64,000 nucleotides of DNA from Candidatus Bathyarchaeia archaeon (GTDB taxonomy: Archaea > Thermoproteota > Bathyarchaeia > Bathyarchaeales > Bathycorpusculaceae), in contig JBEKOM010000001.1 of NCBI GenBank assembly GCA_049521795.1, forward strand, positions 288,001 to 352,000, in the 5' to 3' direction. The position numbers were made by a program, and so were the translations under genes. Below the pieces are notes generated by a model. That model was given only the letters and a program-made list of their open reading frames with translations. It was not told the origin of the DNA and searched no databases. Within the stretch, counting starts at the first letter, position 1; each line of letters starts with the position of its first letter. Below, one piece after another: positions 19,373 through 29,061 of the stretch.

Positions 19373-20212
19373 ATGTTGACGCCTGTAGTTCTTGATGTAA
19401 ATCTGCCAGAAACGGGGAACAGGATCCAACGGTTCATCAAGGACTATGTGGAGAACATGGGCGCGAAGGGCATAGTCGTGGGGGTATCCGGTGGAGTAGA
19501 CAGCTGCACCGTGGCTGCGATATCGGCTAGAGCCATCGGTGGGGACAAGGTCCTGGGACTGATGCTACCCGAAGAAGAAACGCGAAACTCCCAAGACATT
19601 GCAGATGGGAAACTCGTTGCTAAAGAATTCCATTTCAAAACAGAGAAAATCGACATCACACCTCCGTTGGAGGCGTTTTACAGTTCAATGCGTATTTACG
19701 ACCCTTCAGACAGACTGAGCAAAGGTAACATAAAGGCGCGCACACGCATGATCTACCTGTACTACTACGCTAACAGACTGAGCATGCTCGTCTGCGGAAG
19801 CTCAGACAAGTCAGAAACCATGATGGGCTACTTCACGAAATGGGGAGATGTTGCAGCGGACATTTCGCCGATAATGGATTTGTACAAGACCCAAGTCCGA
19901 AAACTAGCCCAGCACATAGGCATTCCAAGAGAAGTCGCCGAAAAGCCCTCTACCCCTGCCCTCTGGCCAAACCAGCTGGCCGAAGATGAACTGGGCATTA
20001 GGTATGAACAGCTCGACCTTATTCTGTACGGACTGGAGCACTTCATGAAGCCAAGCGAGATAGCCCATCAACTGCAGATCAAACAAAGTATAGTCGACAG
20101 AATAAAGAGCAGGTGGCTTTCAGCTGAACACAAGAGGCGCATGCTACTGACGGCAAAGCTTGAATACCGAACGATAGGTACTGACTTCAGACTTCCACGC
20201 GGCCCCAGCTAG
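19373..20212 (+). CDS. nadE: NAD+ synthetase (synthetase subunit)
   Basis: SGGVDS, GNIKARTRM, GYFTKWGD and EHKRR. Confidence 0.95.
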   Translation: MLTPVVLDVNLPETGNRIQRFIKDYVENMGAKGIVVGVSGGVDSCTVAAISARAIGGDKVLGLMLPEEETRNSQDIADGKLVAKEFHFKTEKIDITPPLEAFYSSMRIYDPSDRLSKGNIKARTRMIYLYYYANRLSMLVCGSSDKSETMMGYFTKWGDVAADISPIMDLYKTQVRKLAQHIGIPREVAEKPSTPALWPNQLAEDELGIRYEQLDLILYGLEHFMKPSEIAHQLQIKQSIVDRIKSRWLSAEHKRRMLLTAKLEYRTIGTDFRLPRGPS

Positions 20213-20234
20213 ACTGAACGGAGGAGGATAATTA

Positions 20235-21068
20235 ATGAAGGAGAGGTTCAAGGTTGCTCTTGCACAGATTAGCTGCAAACCGGCAGACAAGGAACAGAAC
20301 CTGAAGAAGATCAAAACAACCGTCACCAGAGCCAAGGAGAAAGGAGCAGACCTCGTGATATTGCCAGAACTCTCGCTCACAGGCTACGTCGTGAGAGACC
20401 AGATCTATGAATTGGCTGAGGAGATCCCTGGACCATCAACAAGAACCATACAGAGAATTGCGAGGGACGCAGGCATGCACGTCATTTTTGGGATGCCTGA
20501 AAAGAGCAAAATGGCGCAGGCTACCCTTCACAACACCGCAGTACTTGTAGGTCCCAAGGGCTTAATTGGCAAGTACCGTAAGATGTACCTCCCAACTCAC
20601 AGCGTCTTCGAAGAAAAAAGGTACTTTCGCCCAGGCTACGAGACCGGTGTCTTCGACACTGACCTTGGAAAGATAGGTTTGCTCATATGCTACGACATAT
20701 ACTTCCCAGAGGTCACTCGGCTCGCGCGCCTCGCAGGAGCCCAATTGACCGTGTGCATCTCAGCTTCACCTGCGGTTCGTCGATCATTCTTTGAGATACT
20801 CACTGCTGCGCGCGCAGTCGAGAACACGACCTTTCTGGCCTTTGTGAACCTCGTTGGAGTCGAGGACGGCTTGCAGTTCTGGGGCGGCAGCAGGCTGGTT
20901 GGCCCTAACGGGAGAGTCCTCGCCCAAGCCAAGTACGACGAGGAAGATTTTGTTATTAGCGAGGTGGACTACGCCGACATACGACCCCTTGAAGCCTTCA
21001 TCCCCACGTTGAAAGATCTGCGTCCAGAGCTGTTTGACAAGCTAAAGGCACGCGCAGAAGAATTGTAG
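20235..21068 (+). CDS. carbon-nitrogen hydrolase (nitrilase family), probable glutaminase partner of NadE
   Basis: Catalytic triad in PELSLTGY (E), YRKMYL (K) and ICYD (C); co-oriented 22 bp after nadE. Confidence 0.88.
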   Translation: MKERFKVALAQISCKPADKEQNLKKIKTTVTRAKEKGADLVILPELSLTGYVVRDQIYELAEEIPGPSTRTIQRIARDAGMHVIFGMPEKSKMAQATLHNTAVLVGPKGLIGKYRKMYLPTHSVFEEKRYFRPGYETGVFDTDLGKIGLLICYDIYFPEVTRLARLAGAQLTVCISASPAVRRSFFEILTAARAVENTTFLAFVNLVGVEDGLQFWGGSRLVGPNGRVLAQAKYDEEDFVISEVDYADIRPLEAFIPTLKDLRPELFDKLKARAEEL

Positions 21069-21143
21069 ATCCAAGAAAAAACTCAACCGCCAAGATCCGT
21101 TTACCAATTCGTCGAAAGCTGCGAAACAACCAAGTTGATAATG

Positions 21144-21307
21144 TCACAAACCATCGTCCTGGCACCTCATCAGAAATCACAACCACGTCACGCTCAACTG
21201 TGATCCTCTTGAAATGATGGCGTCTTTGCAAGGAAGAAATCAGGCAAACGGGTTGTTTGGAAATGGTGGCTAATCACACGTGACTCACGTGTGACGGCTG
21301 GCATCAC
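21144..21307. promoter_or_regulatory. TCAC/GTGA motif cluster 1 with 21-bp palindrome
   Basis: 9 TCAC/GTGA in 164 bp; TCACACGTGA-C-TCACGTGTGA at 21274-21294. Confidence 0.55.
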
Positions 21308-21874
21308 ATAATGAACAACATGTTTGAAGATCAGTATACCATCAAAAGAGATGCTGGCTGTTTTGCGGCCAATAGAAACGGGTCTATACACAACGAGCCC
21401 AAAATCGGGGAGCAATATTACAGTGGCCAACTTCGCGAAACGGCCAAAACAGGGACACTTTCGCCCTCGCACGTCGCAGTTCAGACCACACCTGAGTAAG
21501 TCACCGCCCCGATATGTTCCTCACGCTAGAACCTCCTAAAACTCAGCCATCCTTCCCTTGTTGCTCCCCATCGAGCCCCAAAACATCCCCAGAGAGCAGA
21601 CATCGGCCTTTCCGCAGGCGCGGGTAAACTCGCTTTCGCATTCCTCGGGCTAAAACAGAAAAACGGCACTGCACACAAAGCTTCAGTCGTTTGCGCCTCC
21701 AGAATTGGTCAGAACCAGAAACCGCTCGCTCTCTCTAATTATCTGCCAATTTCCTGGCATATGCTTCTCCTGTCCCCCGAACTCAAATCGCGCCGCATTG
21801 GAATGCGATACTTTTAAGAGCTGGGTCCGTATACAAAACCGTATCCATTCAAACCATCTCAGGGGCGATGATAT

Positions 21875-22354
21875 TTGAAGCTGAGAGACAGCGTCCAATC
21901 GATGCTAGTAAGCTCAATTAACGACCCTATTGCCAAAATCATGGCCGACAACAGCCATTTAACAAAAACTCAGCTTGAAACGCTCCTCATAGACATATTG
22001 TCCGACAATATCTCAGACAAAGCGCTGAAGTACGACGAAAAGGCCCGATTAAGGCTAACCAAGGCCAAAATCAGTCGTGGAGCGTTCAACCGGACTCTAA
22101 AGCAGGCCAAGGAAAATGTCACAAAATCAGTCTACACTGTAATACTGCTAGGGTACTTGGGACTCTTCGAAACCACAACTCTTGACCCATATCTTGAGGT
22201 CGCAAACCAACTGCACACGTATTTGGATGCATACAAGAACGCGGTCAGCGAAGGTACAAGCATCAGTGAGCGCCTGAAAATCATAGGTTTGCTCCGCCAA
22301 CAGCTCGAAACAAGCCTAAAAGAACTCTCCAGTCGTCCGACCAGGCCAATGTGA
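21875..22354 (+). CDS. origin-associated HTH protein, hypothetical
   Basis: LTKTQLETL...ISRGAFNRTLKQAKENV resembles a sigma-4/HTH-10-like helix-turn-helix. Confidence 0.7.
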   Translation: MKLRDSVQSMLVSSINDPIAKIMADNSHLTKTQLETLLIDILSDNISDKALKYDEKARLRLTKAKISRGAFNRTLKQAKENVTKSVYTVILLGYLGLFETTTLDPYLEVANQLHTYLDAYKNAVSEGTSISERLKIIGLLRQQLETSLKELSSRPTRPM

Positions 22355-22642
22355 CATCACAAATCACGCCCCAAAATACGGTACTTGTACCCTGCAACCA
22401 CAGCTGTTAGCAGAAGCCCAATTCACATCGCAAATCGTGATAAGAACCCAAGGCAGCCATCTTTCCCGGAACATGTTAATGAGGCGCTAGATGCATCGGT
22501 TATACTTAAAAGTGTGATGTGTGACATCATGCCTGCTCGTCACCATGGTACGCACCATAAGTCTTAAATGCTGCATGGGCGAGATGTGATGTGTGATGCA
22601 ACGTGTTCGAGTCACGTATAATCACGTTTGAATCACAGGTGA
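22351..22642. promoter_or_regulatory. TCAC/GTGA heptad-like motif cluster 2
   Basis: 14 TCAC/GTGA in 292 bp, with three tandem pairs at exactly 7-bp spacing (22357/22364, 22514/22521, 22586/22593). Confidence 0.65.
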
Positions 22643-22649
22643 ATTTCTA

Positions 22650-23363
22650 TTGGATTATCTATTGTTTATCCTCGTGAGTTGTCTTCTTGCAGCGACCGCC
22701 GTCTCGGCGCTGGAATACTACCGTAGGTTGCGTCAGGCCAAAGGGGAATACGAAGAAGCACGAGGAGCGGTCGAGGACATTGTTTTGAGTTTCAACAGGC
22801 AGTTCAGGCGCGAAGACGAGAAACTAGAGGCGGTTGCTTACAAAGTTGAGGCTGTGGATTCGAAAAGCGACAGAGTAGTCAACAAGATGGGAGATATGGA
22901 AAAGAGGTTGAACACGGCGGAGGCAAAGGTCGGTGCCGACTCTGAAGGCAGTGAGAGATTGGCAGTTCGACTGGCTGAGGTTGAAAACAAAACCCGTGAT
23001 ATGATAGCATCACAAGAAGCAGTCACAGCAAGAATTGTGGACTTGGAACAGCGAGCTAGGCAATTCTCAGCCTTCCCTGAAGCTAGCCTTGAAGCGGCGA
23101 TACCGATAAGGAGAGACAAGGCGTTGGCACAGTTGACTGCTACAGAGGTTGCAGTGTTGGAGCTCCTGGCATCAGAGGGGTCAAAGACCGCGCCACAGAT
23201 AAAGGAAAAAGTCAGACTTAGCAGAGAACACACGGCAAGGTTGATGAAGAAGCTCTACGAAGAGGGGTACTTGGACAGGGAAACCATCAAGATCCCGTTT
23301 AAGTACAGCGCCAAGAAGGAGATAGAGAAACTTCTCGGGAAACCGCAGGATCAAGCTGCCTAA
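22650..23363 (+). CDS. membrane-anchored coiled-coil protein with C-terminal winged HTH
   Basis: N-terminal TM (YLLFILVSCLLAATAVSAL), a long heptad-rich helix, then LTATEVAVLELL...LSREHTARLMKKLYEEGYLDR wHTH. Confidence 0.85.
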   Translation: MDYLLFILVSCLLAATAVSALEYYRRLRQAKGEYEEARGAVEDIVLSFNRQFRREDEKLEAVAYKVEAVDSKSDRVVNKMGDMEKRLNTAEAKVGADSEGSERLAVRLAEVENKTRDMIASQEAVTARIVDLEQRARQFSAFPEASLEAAIPIRRDKALAQLTATEVAVLELLASEGSKTAPQIKEKVRLSREHTARLMKKLYEEGYLDRETIKIPFKYSAKKEIEKLLGKPQDQAA

Positions 23364-23403
23364 TCTGCCTGCCTCGAATGAAAGCTCGCGGCTGCGAGAA
23401 GGC

Positions 23404-23856
23404 TCACTGTTTCACTGTAATGTCCGTTACTTTCGCAGCGACTTGGGCCACACTTGTCGCCACTTTGTACCTCAAGCTGTTGGATGGCCCGGCTCTTAAT
23501 AGGAGCTTCTTTCCTGCCATCCTCGCGAGGTACGTTGCTACAGTACTCAGGCCTATTGGCTCTCTAAACTCCTGTTCGAAAATAGTTTGCACCTCTCTGG
23601 AGGAGAACCAAACCAAAGTGAAGTGTTTTTGAACTGTTGCTCTGACCTTGTCATACTTTGACGGTTCTCTAGCTAAAGTGGAATTTGAACCTGGATTTCC
23701 ACCATCCCCGGGGACCCCACCAAGGAGTTCCACCAGGTCGAGCAACCGCACCGCCTTATCGCGTGTGACCTGCCCTTCAAAGCTTATTGAGTAACGATTG
23801 CCCTCGCTGTCGAAAAGTTCGACGCGCATTTTTCTGGCTGGCATTGGCATGTACAC
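23404..23856 (-). CDS. origin-adjacent winged-helix protein
   Basis: N-terminal beta-beta-alpha domain, Gly-rich linker, then FSSREVQ...IGLSTVATYLARMAGKKLL wHTH; divergent from cdc6 across oriC. Confidence 0.8.
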   Translation of the reverse strand: MYMPMPARKMRVELFDSEGNRYSISFEGQVTRDKAVRLLDLVELLGGVPGDGGNPGSNSTLAREPSKYDKVRATVQKHFTLVWFSSREVQTIFEQEFREPIGLSTVATYLARMAGKKLLLRAGPSNSLRYKVATSVAQVAAKVTDITVKQ

Positions 23857-24043
23857 CTGGCGGCTGCGTTCACAATTTCACAGTTCACAAGCTATAGGTG
23901 TTACGGTGAACACTGTGCTGCAAAAGGGAAACAAAACAGCCTCTAAATCAATAAAGCAGCTATATTTCCAGCCTTATTGAGATTGCGCGGGTAACAGGTT
24001 TTCAGAAAGTCAAAATGAGAATAGACTCGGTACGAAACGCGTT

Positions 24044-24620
24044 TTCCAGTGGAAGAGCAGGGGTGAGCTATTCACAGAAAAGAAGCATAGATGACTCAAT
24101 TGGAGGAAATAGGCGGATGTGGAAACGACATTGGTAGGTAAACTTCACAAGGATTTCACGGAAAGTGAACGAAAAAATGGACGAGTGCGCGCCGCTACGG
24201 GTGGAAGGTTTCAGTGGAGTGGAGTTTAGAGGTGTTAAATAAGCAAAAGGTTCCAATTGGCAGTCTACACCGCAAGCAGTATGTAGAAAAGAAGTCACAC
24301 CCCTTCATTTCCATTGGAAAGGGTGTAAGTCTAGTATTGTCTGTAAGCAAGTTTGAAATGTTTTTTAGTAAATGTCTAAAATTCTAGCTGAAAGTAAATA
24401 TAACGTCATTTACCAATTACATAGAGGAGTACAAGTTTTTCTAAGTATAATTAGCATTTCTTCAACTCAAAGAGTGAACACTTCCATCAGAAGCTGGGGG
24501 GTGTGCCTGTTCATGTTGGAGGGTATTTAGTGTTAAAGGTGTGCTTCTTCTTTAGAATTCTTGTGCTTAGTATTTAAATTTCTGTATGGTAGGGCTTATG
24601 TTTTCCACAGGAAGAACGCT
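24044..24620. other. chromosomal replication origin (oriC)
   Basis: ORB-like boxes TTCCAGTGGAAGAGCAGGGGT (24044-24064 +), TTCCAATGGAAATGAAGGGGT (24299-24319 -) and TTCCATCAGAAGCTGGGGGGT (24482-24502 +); AT-rich stretch ~24330-24470; directly upstream of cdc6. Confidence 0.88.
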
Positions 24621-24650
24621 TGTTACTACTGGACTCTGTGAGTTGATGGA

Positions 24651-25901
24651 ATGAGTAATGCTGATATTCTTGATGAACTCTTCGAGAACTTCGCGAGCAA
24701 CACCACAGTTTTTAGGGATCGAGAGGTACTGCGACATGATTATCTTCCAGACAGGCTGCCTCATCGTGAAGGGCAGATCAGGCAGTTGGGGGAAATTGTT
24801 GCTCCCTTGCTTAAAGGTGCAAGAAGCTCCAACATTTTTATCTATGGCAATACAGGAACCGGGAAAACCGCTGTGGTCAAGTATGTACTAACTCGTCTTG
24901 AGTTTAAGGCTAAAGAATTCAACGCACCTGTTAAGATATGCTACGTCAACTGTAGGCTAGCCGGATCCGAGTACAGGGTCTTCGCAAGTATGTGCCAGAG
25001 TTTAGGTGTTCAGGTTCCATTCACAGGGTTATCCGTCGGTGAAGTCTATGATAGGTTCACTGCAGGTTTGGACCTTTCGGGCACGATTTTCTTGGTGGTC
25101 TTGGATGAAGCCGATGCGTTGACAAAGATGCGCGGGGACACTTTTCTGTATGAGTTGACTAGAATGAACGAGGTTTTGAGGCACAGCAAAATAGCCCTTG
25201 TTGGGATATCTAACGATCTGCGCTTCAAAGAGTTTCTGGATCCTCGTGTCCTAAGCTCACTGAGCGAGGAGGAGATTGTTTTCAGGCCCTACGATGCAGG
25301 TGAGTTGAGAAACATACTCGCTGAACGGGCCCAGGCAGCCTTCACTGAGAAATCATTGTCCGATGCCGCGCTTGGCCTTTGTGCTGCTCTTGCTGCAGCA
25401 GAGCATGGGGATGCGCGTCGAGCTTTGGACCTTTTGCGTGTTGCCGGCGAGGTAGCTGAACGAAAAGGGTTAACCGTGGTGTCTGAAGAGCATGTTCGCG
25501 AGGCTGAGAAGCATATTGAGCACAACCGTGTTGTTGAAGCTTTGAGCAACCTGCCGTTGCACTCGAAGCTTGTGACATTGAGCATCTATCACTTGGGCAA
25601 AAGAGACGCTCGGGGCGCCATTACGGGTGAGATCTCTGAGGTCTACGAGGAGCTGAGCGGGGAGTTGGGAGTTGCGCCGCTGACTCAGCGGCGTCTGAGC
25701 ACGTTGATAAATGAACTGGACGCGATGGGACTGTTGAACGCTAGGGTCGTTAGCATGGGAAGGTACGGGCGAACGAAGAAGATACGGCTTGAGATCGGGC
25801 GCAGCCTTATTCGAGACGTGTTTGCTGAGGATAGTAGGCTTAGCCGCCTAGTTAATTACGAAGTGCAGTGCATTTCGAAGCGCGCTGATGGCAGAAACTA
25901 A
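24651..25901 (+). CDS. cdc6: Orc1/Cdc6 replication initiator
   Basis: LPHRE, Walker A GNTGTGKT, LDEAD, GDARRALDLLR and C-terminal SMGRYGRTK wing. Confidence 0.97.
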   Translation: MSNADILDELFENFASNTTVFRDREVLRHDYLPDRLPHREGQIRQLGEIVAPLLKGARSSNIFIYGNTGTGKTAVVKYVLTRLEFKAKEFNAPVKICYVNCRLAGSEYRVFASMCQSLGVQVPFTGLSVGEVYDRFTAGLDLSGTIFLVVLDEADALTKMRGDTFLYELTRMNEVLRHSKIALVGISNDLRFKEFLDPRVLSSLSEEEIVFRPYDAGELRNILAERAQAAFTEKSLSDAALGLCAALAAAEHGDARRALDLLRVAGEVAERKGLTVVSEEHVREAEKHIEHNRVVEALSNLPLHSKLVTLSIYHLGKRDARGAITGEISEVYEELSGELGVAPLTQRRLSTLINELDAMGLLNARVVSMGRYGRTKKIRLEIGRSLIRDVFAEDSRLSRLVNYEVQCISKRADGRN

Positions 25902-25954
25902 GGCTTAATGCCCGCCTCATGCTTCCCGGTGCTAGCGGCCATCTGCCTATGTTT

Positions 25955-27520
25955 TCAGTCGAACGGAATGACGGTGACCTCTAGGGTCTGAAGATTAACC
26001 ACTGGAACCATCGCGGGTGTCGGAACAAAGCCGTTCCTGCGCATGTAATCGGTCTGCCTTTGCCAGCAGCCTGAGTTTACGATCAACACTCCACGATAGT
26101 TACCGTATTCTAGTGCGTGCACGTGGCCAGCATGGAAGATGTCTGGGACGTGGTCGATAACGAGGAAGTCTTTGCTCTCCGGCGACAGAGGTGTCTTGCC
26201 GCCATAAAGTGGTGCTAGGTGTCGGGTCTGAAGCAGCAGTTGCATTGCTTTTTCGGGGTGGCTGTGGCTCATGCCTGGGACGGTGGAGATTATGTCGTCG
26301 AGGCTGCGGCCGTGGAACATGAGCACTTCTACTCCGTGGAGGCTTAGTGTGCACGGGCTGCCTAGAGATTGGACCCTTCTCGATTCTTGAAGCGTCTCTA
26401 GGAAGGAGTGGGAGATTGCTGGCTGCGGTAGCGCTTTTCGAGGAGCATCGTGGTTTCCTGGCGTGATTATGACTTCCACGTAGTCGGGGATTTGCTCTAT
26501 GTACTTTGAGGCAAACTTGTACTGTTTGTTCACGTCTCTTATTGCGAGTTCTTTTGCTTGGTTGGGGTAGACGCCGATTCCGTCGACGATGTCCCCTGCG
26601 ATTAGCACGTATTTGACGTGGCCTGCTATGTCCTTCAATCTGGCGTCGCCGTATTTTCCGTTCAGCCAGAGCATGAAGCGGTTTAACGCTTCTTTCGTGA
26701 ACTGTCTGCTGCCAACGTGCATGTCTGATGTGAGCACTGCGTAGACTGGCGCTGTTGCTTTGTGCTGAATTCTCTGGGCAACGTCTGGCAGGATTATGTC
26801 TTCGGCGACGAGCAGGCTGCTTCTGGTCTTGACGACGGTGAGGCAGATGACTTGGTCGAGCAGGAGCATTCGCGCCTTTTTCTGCAGGTCTGGGTGAGCG
26901 TTCTGTGTTACGAGAACGATGGCGCTTGCCTTGAGGTCCTCAACGGTTAGCACCGTTTTCTGTTTGGACTCTCTCTTCTCTGTGACCATGGCTATTATCT
27001 TGAGTCGCGTGTTTGATGGGGCCTTCACTGCGTCCATGACCGAGGCTGCGCTCTTGACGTCCATCCTTTGTCTCAGCAGCTTCTCTAGCTGTTTGAACCT
27101 ATCTTGAAAGTAGCCCAGGTAATCTTCGATCGTCCCGGCTGAGCTTATTTTTGAGCCTGGGTCTTCCATCACTTTCATTTCGGCTTCAACACCTTTCGAG
27201 TATGGGCGGAAGGGCACTTTGGCTTCAGTTAACTGCGGAACCTGAACCTCCATAGTTTGTGGGAGATGTTCTTCTGATGGTTGGGCGACGTTTCCCTCTG
27301 CTCCTTCCGGCGGTTTGAGTAACTCTTCCAAGAAGCACCGCTCTATGAAGAAGGGTTTCTCCTCAAGGTTTTCGATCTGCTGGATTGCTTTGGCCATGAT
27401 TTTCGCTGGGTCCTCGGTTGTGGCTACTAAGCTTAGGAATTCGAAGGCTTCTTTGTTCAGCTGGTAACCTGCAGCGATAGTGAGTTCTACGGCTCTCTGG
27501 AGTTTTTCCGCCTCGCTCAT
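25955..27520 (-). CDS. polB: DNA polymerase D small subunit DP1
   Basis: SDMHVGS, AGDIVDGIGVYPNQ, PGNHDA, HGRS and HAGHVH phosphoesterase motifs. Confidence 0.96.
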   Translation of the reverse strand: MSEAEKLQRAVELTIAAGYQLNKEAFEFLSLVATTEDPAKIMAKAIQQIENLEEKPFFIERCFLEELLKPPEGAEGNVAQPSEEHLPQTMEVQVPQLTEAKVPFRPYSKGVEAEMKVMEDPGSKISSAGTIEDYLGYFQDRFKQLEKLLRQRMDVKSAASVMDAVKAPSNTRLKIIAMVTEKRESKQKTVLTVEDLKASAIVLVTQNAHPDLQKKARMLLLDQVICLTVVKTRSSLLVAEDIILPDVAQRIQHKATAPVYAVLTSDMHVGSRQFTKEALNRFMLWLNGKYGDARLKDIAGHVKYVLIAGDIVDGIGVYPNQAKELAIRDVNKQYKFASKYIEQIPDYVEVIITPGNHDAPRKALPQPAISHSFLETLQESRRVQSLGSPCTLSLHGVEVLMFHGRSLDDIISTVPGMSHSHPEKAMQLLLQTRHLAPLYGGKTPLSPESKDFLVIDHVPDIFHAGHVHALEYGNYRGVLIVNSGCWQRQTDYMRRNGFVPTPAMVPVVNLQTLEVTVIPFD

Positions 27521-27679
27521 GGCCTGCAGGTTCTCCCTCCTCGTATCCTTCCATTATCAAATCTGTTCGGTGAAGCTGTGTGGATCACTTGCTGCTTGTA
27601 TTTCCCGTTTCCGCTATTAACGCGTTTGGTCCTGAACAACATTGCACTGCTCGCGCTCTCGCTTCGCACTGCGATGGAT

Positions 27680-27770
27680 ACGCTACATCCCTGTATTCGC
27701 GTTTTTCCCCTTCTATTCCACCCTCCCCCCTAGGGTGTTAGTACTGCACGTAGGCGTTGCGAAGGGCCCT
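27680..27770. repeat. ~95-bp dispersed repeat, family B copy 1
   Basis: ACGCTACATCCCTGTATTCGCGTTTT ... CCCCCTAGGGTGTTAGTACTGCACGTAGGCGTTG ... GGCCCT; direct match to 59725-59823. Confidence 0.8.
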
Positions 27771-28048
27771 AGCAGACTTGTACGGGCTTGAAGCCGACCG
27801 CGCGCAGAACGCTCGGCCGAGGGTCTGGCAAGGGTACTAACTTTTCAATACACTTCACCCTCTGCCTTTTTCCAGCTTTATCTGCCCAGCTCAGAGCTTG
27901 CCTAAACGCCTGCCCCTCGCCTCTCTAGGCCGTAGCACGAGAAGTTCCCAGACCCGACATTGTCGCCGTTTGGCCTGACGCGGACGGATGTCCTCGTGAA
28001 GGGTTCTTTCAGATCTTTTAATATTCTCCTATCGAGTATCGTGTCGTA

Positions 28049-29047
28049 ATGGGGTTGGAACAGATGAGTGATTTGCGCAGGGTTCAACGAACGCCCGGGG
28101 GCACCTTCTTCGTTTGTTTGCCTAAGGCTTGGGCTGAACGAAACGGTTTGCAGCGTGGAGCGATTGTGGGCATCAGTGAGGCTCCAGACGGCAAGCTTAT
28201 CGTCGACGCGAGGTACGGTGCGGAGCCCTCGCCCAGAACTGCGATTTTGGAGCCTGGGCCTCACTTGGGCCGTGAAATCATAGGTAAATACCTTCTTGGC
28301 TTTGACGTTGTGCGGGTTGAGGGGAGGGAACGCATAGGCTTTGAGGTTCGGGAGGCTGTGAAAAGCACTGTTAGCCACTTGGTTGGTTTGGAGATTGTTG
28401 AAGAAGATCATTCTGGGATTGTTCTGCAGTGTTTGTTGGAGCCCTCCGGTTTCCCTCCTGAAAAGATTCTGCGGCGGGCGTACGCAATAGCCGCGGGGAT
28501 GCACCATGACGTGGTCAACGCCTTCGTTGACGGAGACGCGCAATTGGCGAAGAGTGTTATGGCCCGCGACGATGAGGGAAACAGACTGTACTTCCTTCTT
28601 GTCCGCATTTTGCGCACGATAATTCAGAACCCGAGCCTGAGTGAGAAGCTGGGTGTGGGCCCCATTGAGTGCCTCGACTACCGCTTGGCCGCCAGCCTGG
28701 TTGAAGCCATCGGAGACGAGTGCGTTCGAGCGGCGCAGAAGACCGTTGAGCTAGAAGGTCTAAAACTCGGTAGAAACCTCGGAAAATTGTTCATGGGCCT
28801 TCAGGCGGTTTGCTTCGAGGCTCATGAAGAAGCCTTGAACGCTTTTCTCGCTGGCAACATGAACTTGGCCGAAAAGGTGCGTAGCACGCGGGACAAGGTT
28901 GAGAAGGAGTTCGCAAACATCGAGGAGCTGGCTCAGGCACAGTCGCTTGACGTTGTGCCTCAGATCCTCGCGGTGGCTTCTTTTTTGAGGCAGATATACG
29001 AACACAGCGTCGATATATCTGACTTAGCGGTTCCCAAGAAACCTTGA
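28049..29047 (+). CDS. phoU: phosphate uptake regulator (AbrB N-domain + PhoU domains)
   Basis: RRVQRTPGGTFFVCLPKAWA AbrB motif; RDDEGNRLYFLLVR and EAIGDEC PhoU repeats. Confidence 0.88.
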   Translation: MGLEQMSDLRRVQRTPGGTFFVCLPKAWAERNGLQRGAIVGISEAPDGKLIVDARYGAEPSPRTAILEPGPHLGREIIGKYLLGFDVVRVEGRERIGFEVREAVKSTVSHLVGLEIVEEDHSGIVLQCLLEPSGFPPEKILRRAYAIAAGMHHDVVNAFVDGDAQLAKSVMARDDEGNRLYFLLVRILRTIIQNPSLSEKLGVGPIECLDYRLAASLVEAIGDECVRAAQKTVELEGLKLGRNLGKLFMGLQAVCFEAHEEALNAFLAGNMNLAEKVRSTRDKVEKEFANIEELAQAQSLDVVPQILAVASFLRQIYEHSVDISDLAVPKKP

Positions 29048-29061
29048 TGATGTTGCTCCCT

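Noticed and set aside
21308-21874. RNase P or SRP RNA in the long intergenic gap
   Set aside because: AAACAGAA is present, but there is no matching GAGGAAAGTCC-like P4 partner and no SRP helix-8 motif; the short ORFs here also lack recognisable features
27790-28040. GC-rich short inverted repeats upstream of phoU as a structured RNA
   Set aside because: Only 8-9 bp stems, expected by chance in GC-rich DNA
27902-28543. 213-aa minus-strand ORF and other long antisense ORFs (e.g. 12256-12879, 57843-58520) or off-frame ORFs (10402-11004)
   Set aside because: Shadows of well-supported genes, with no motifs of their own
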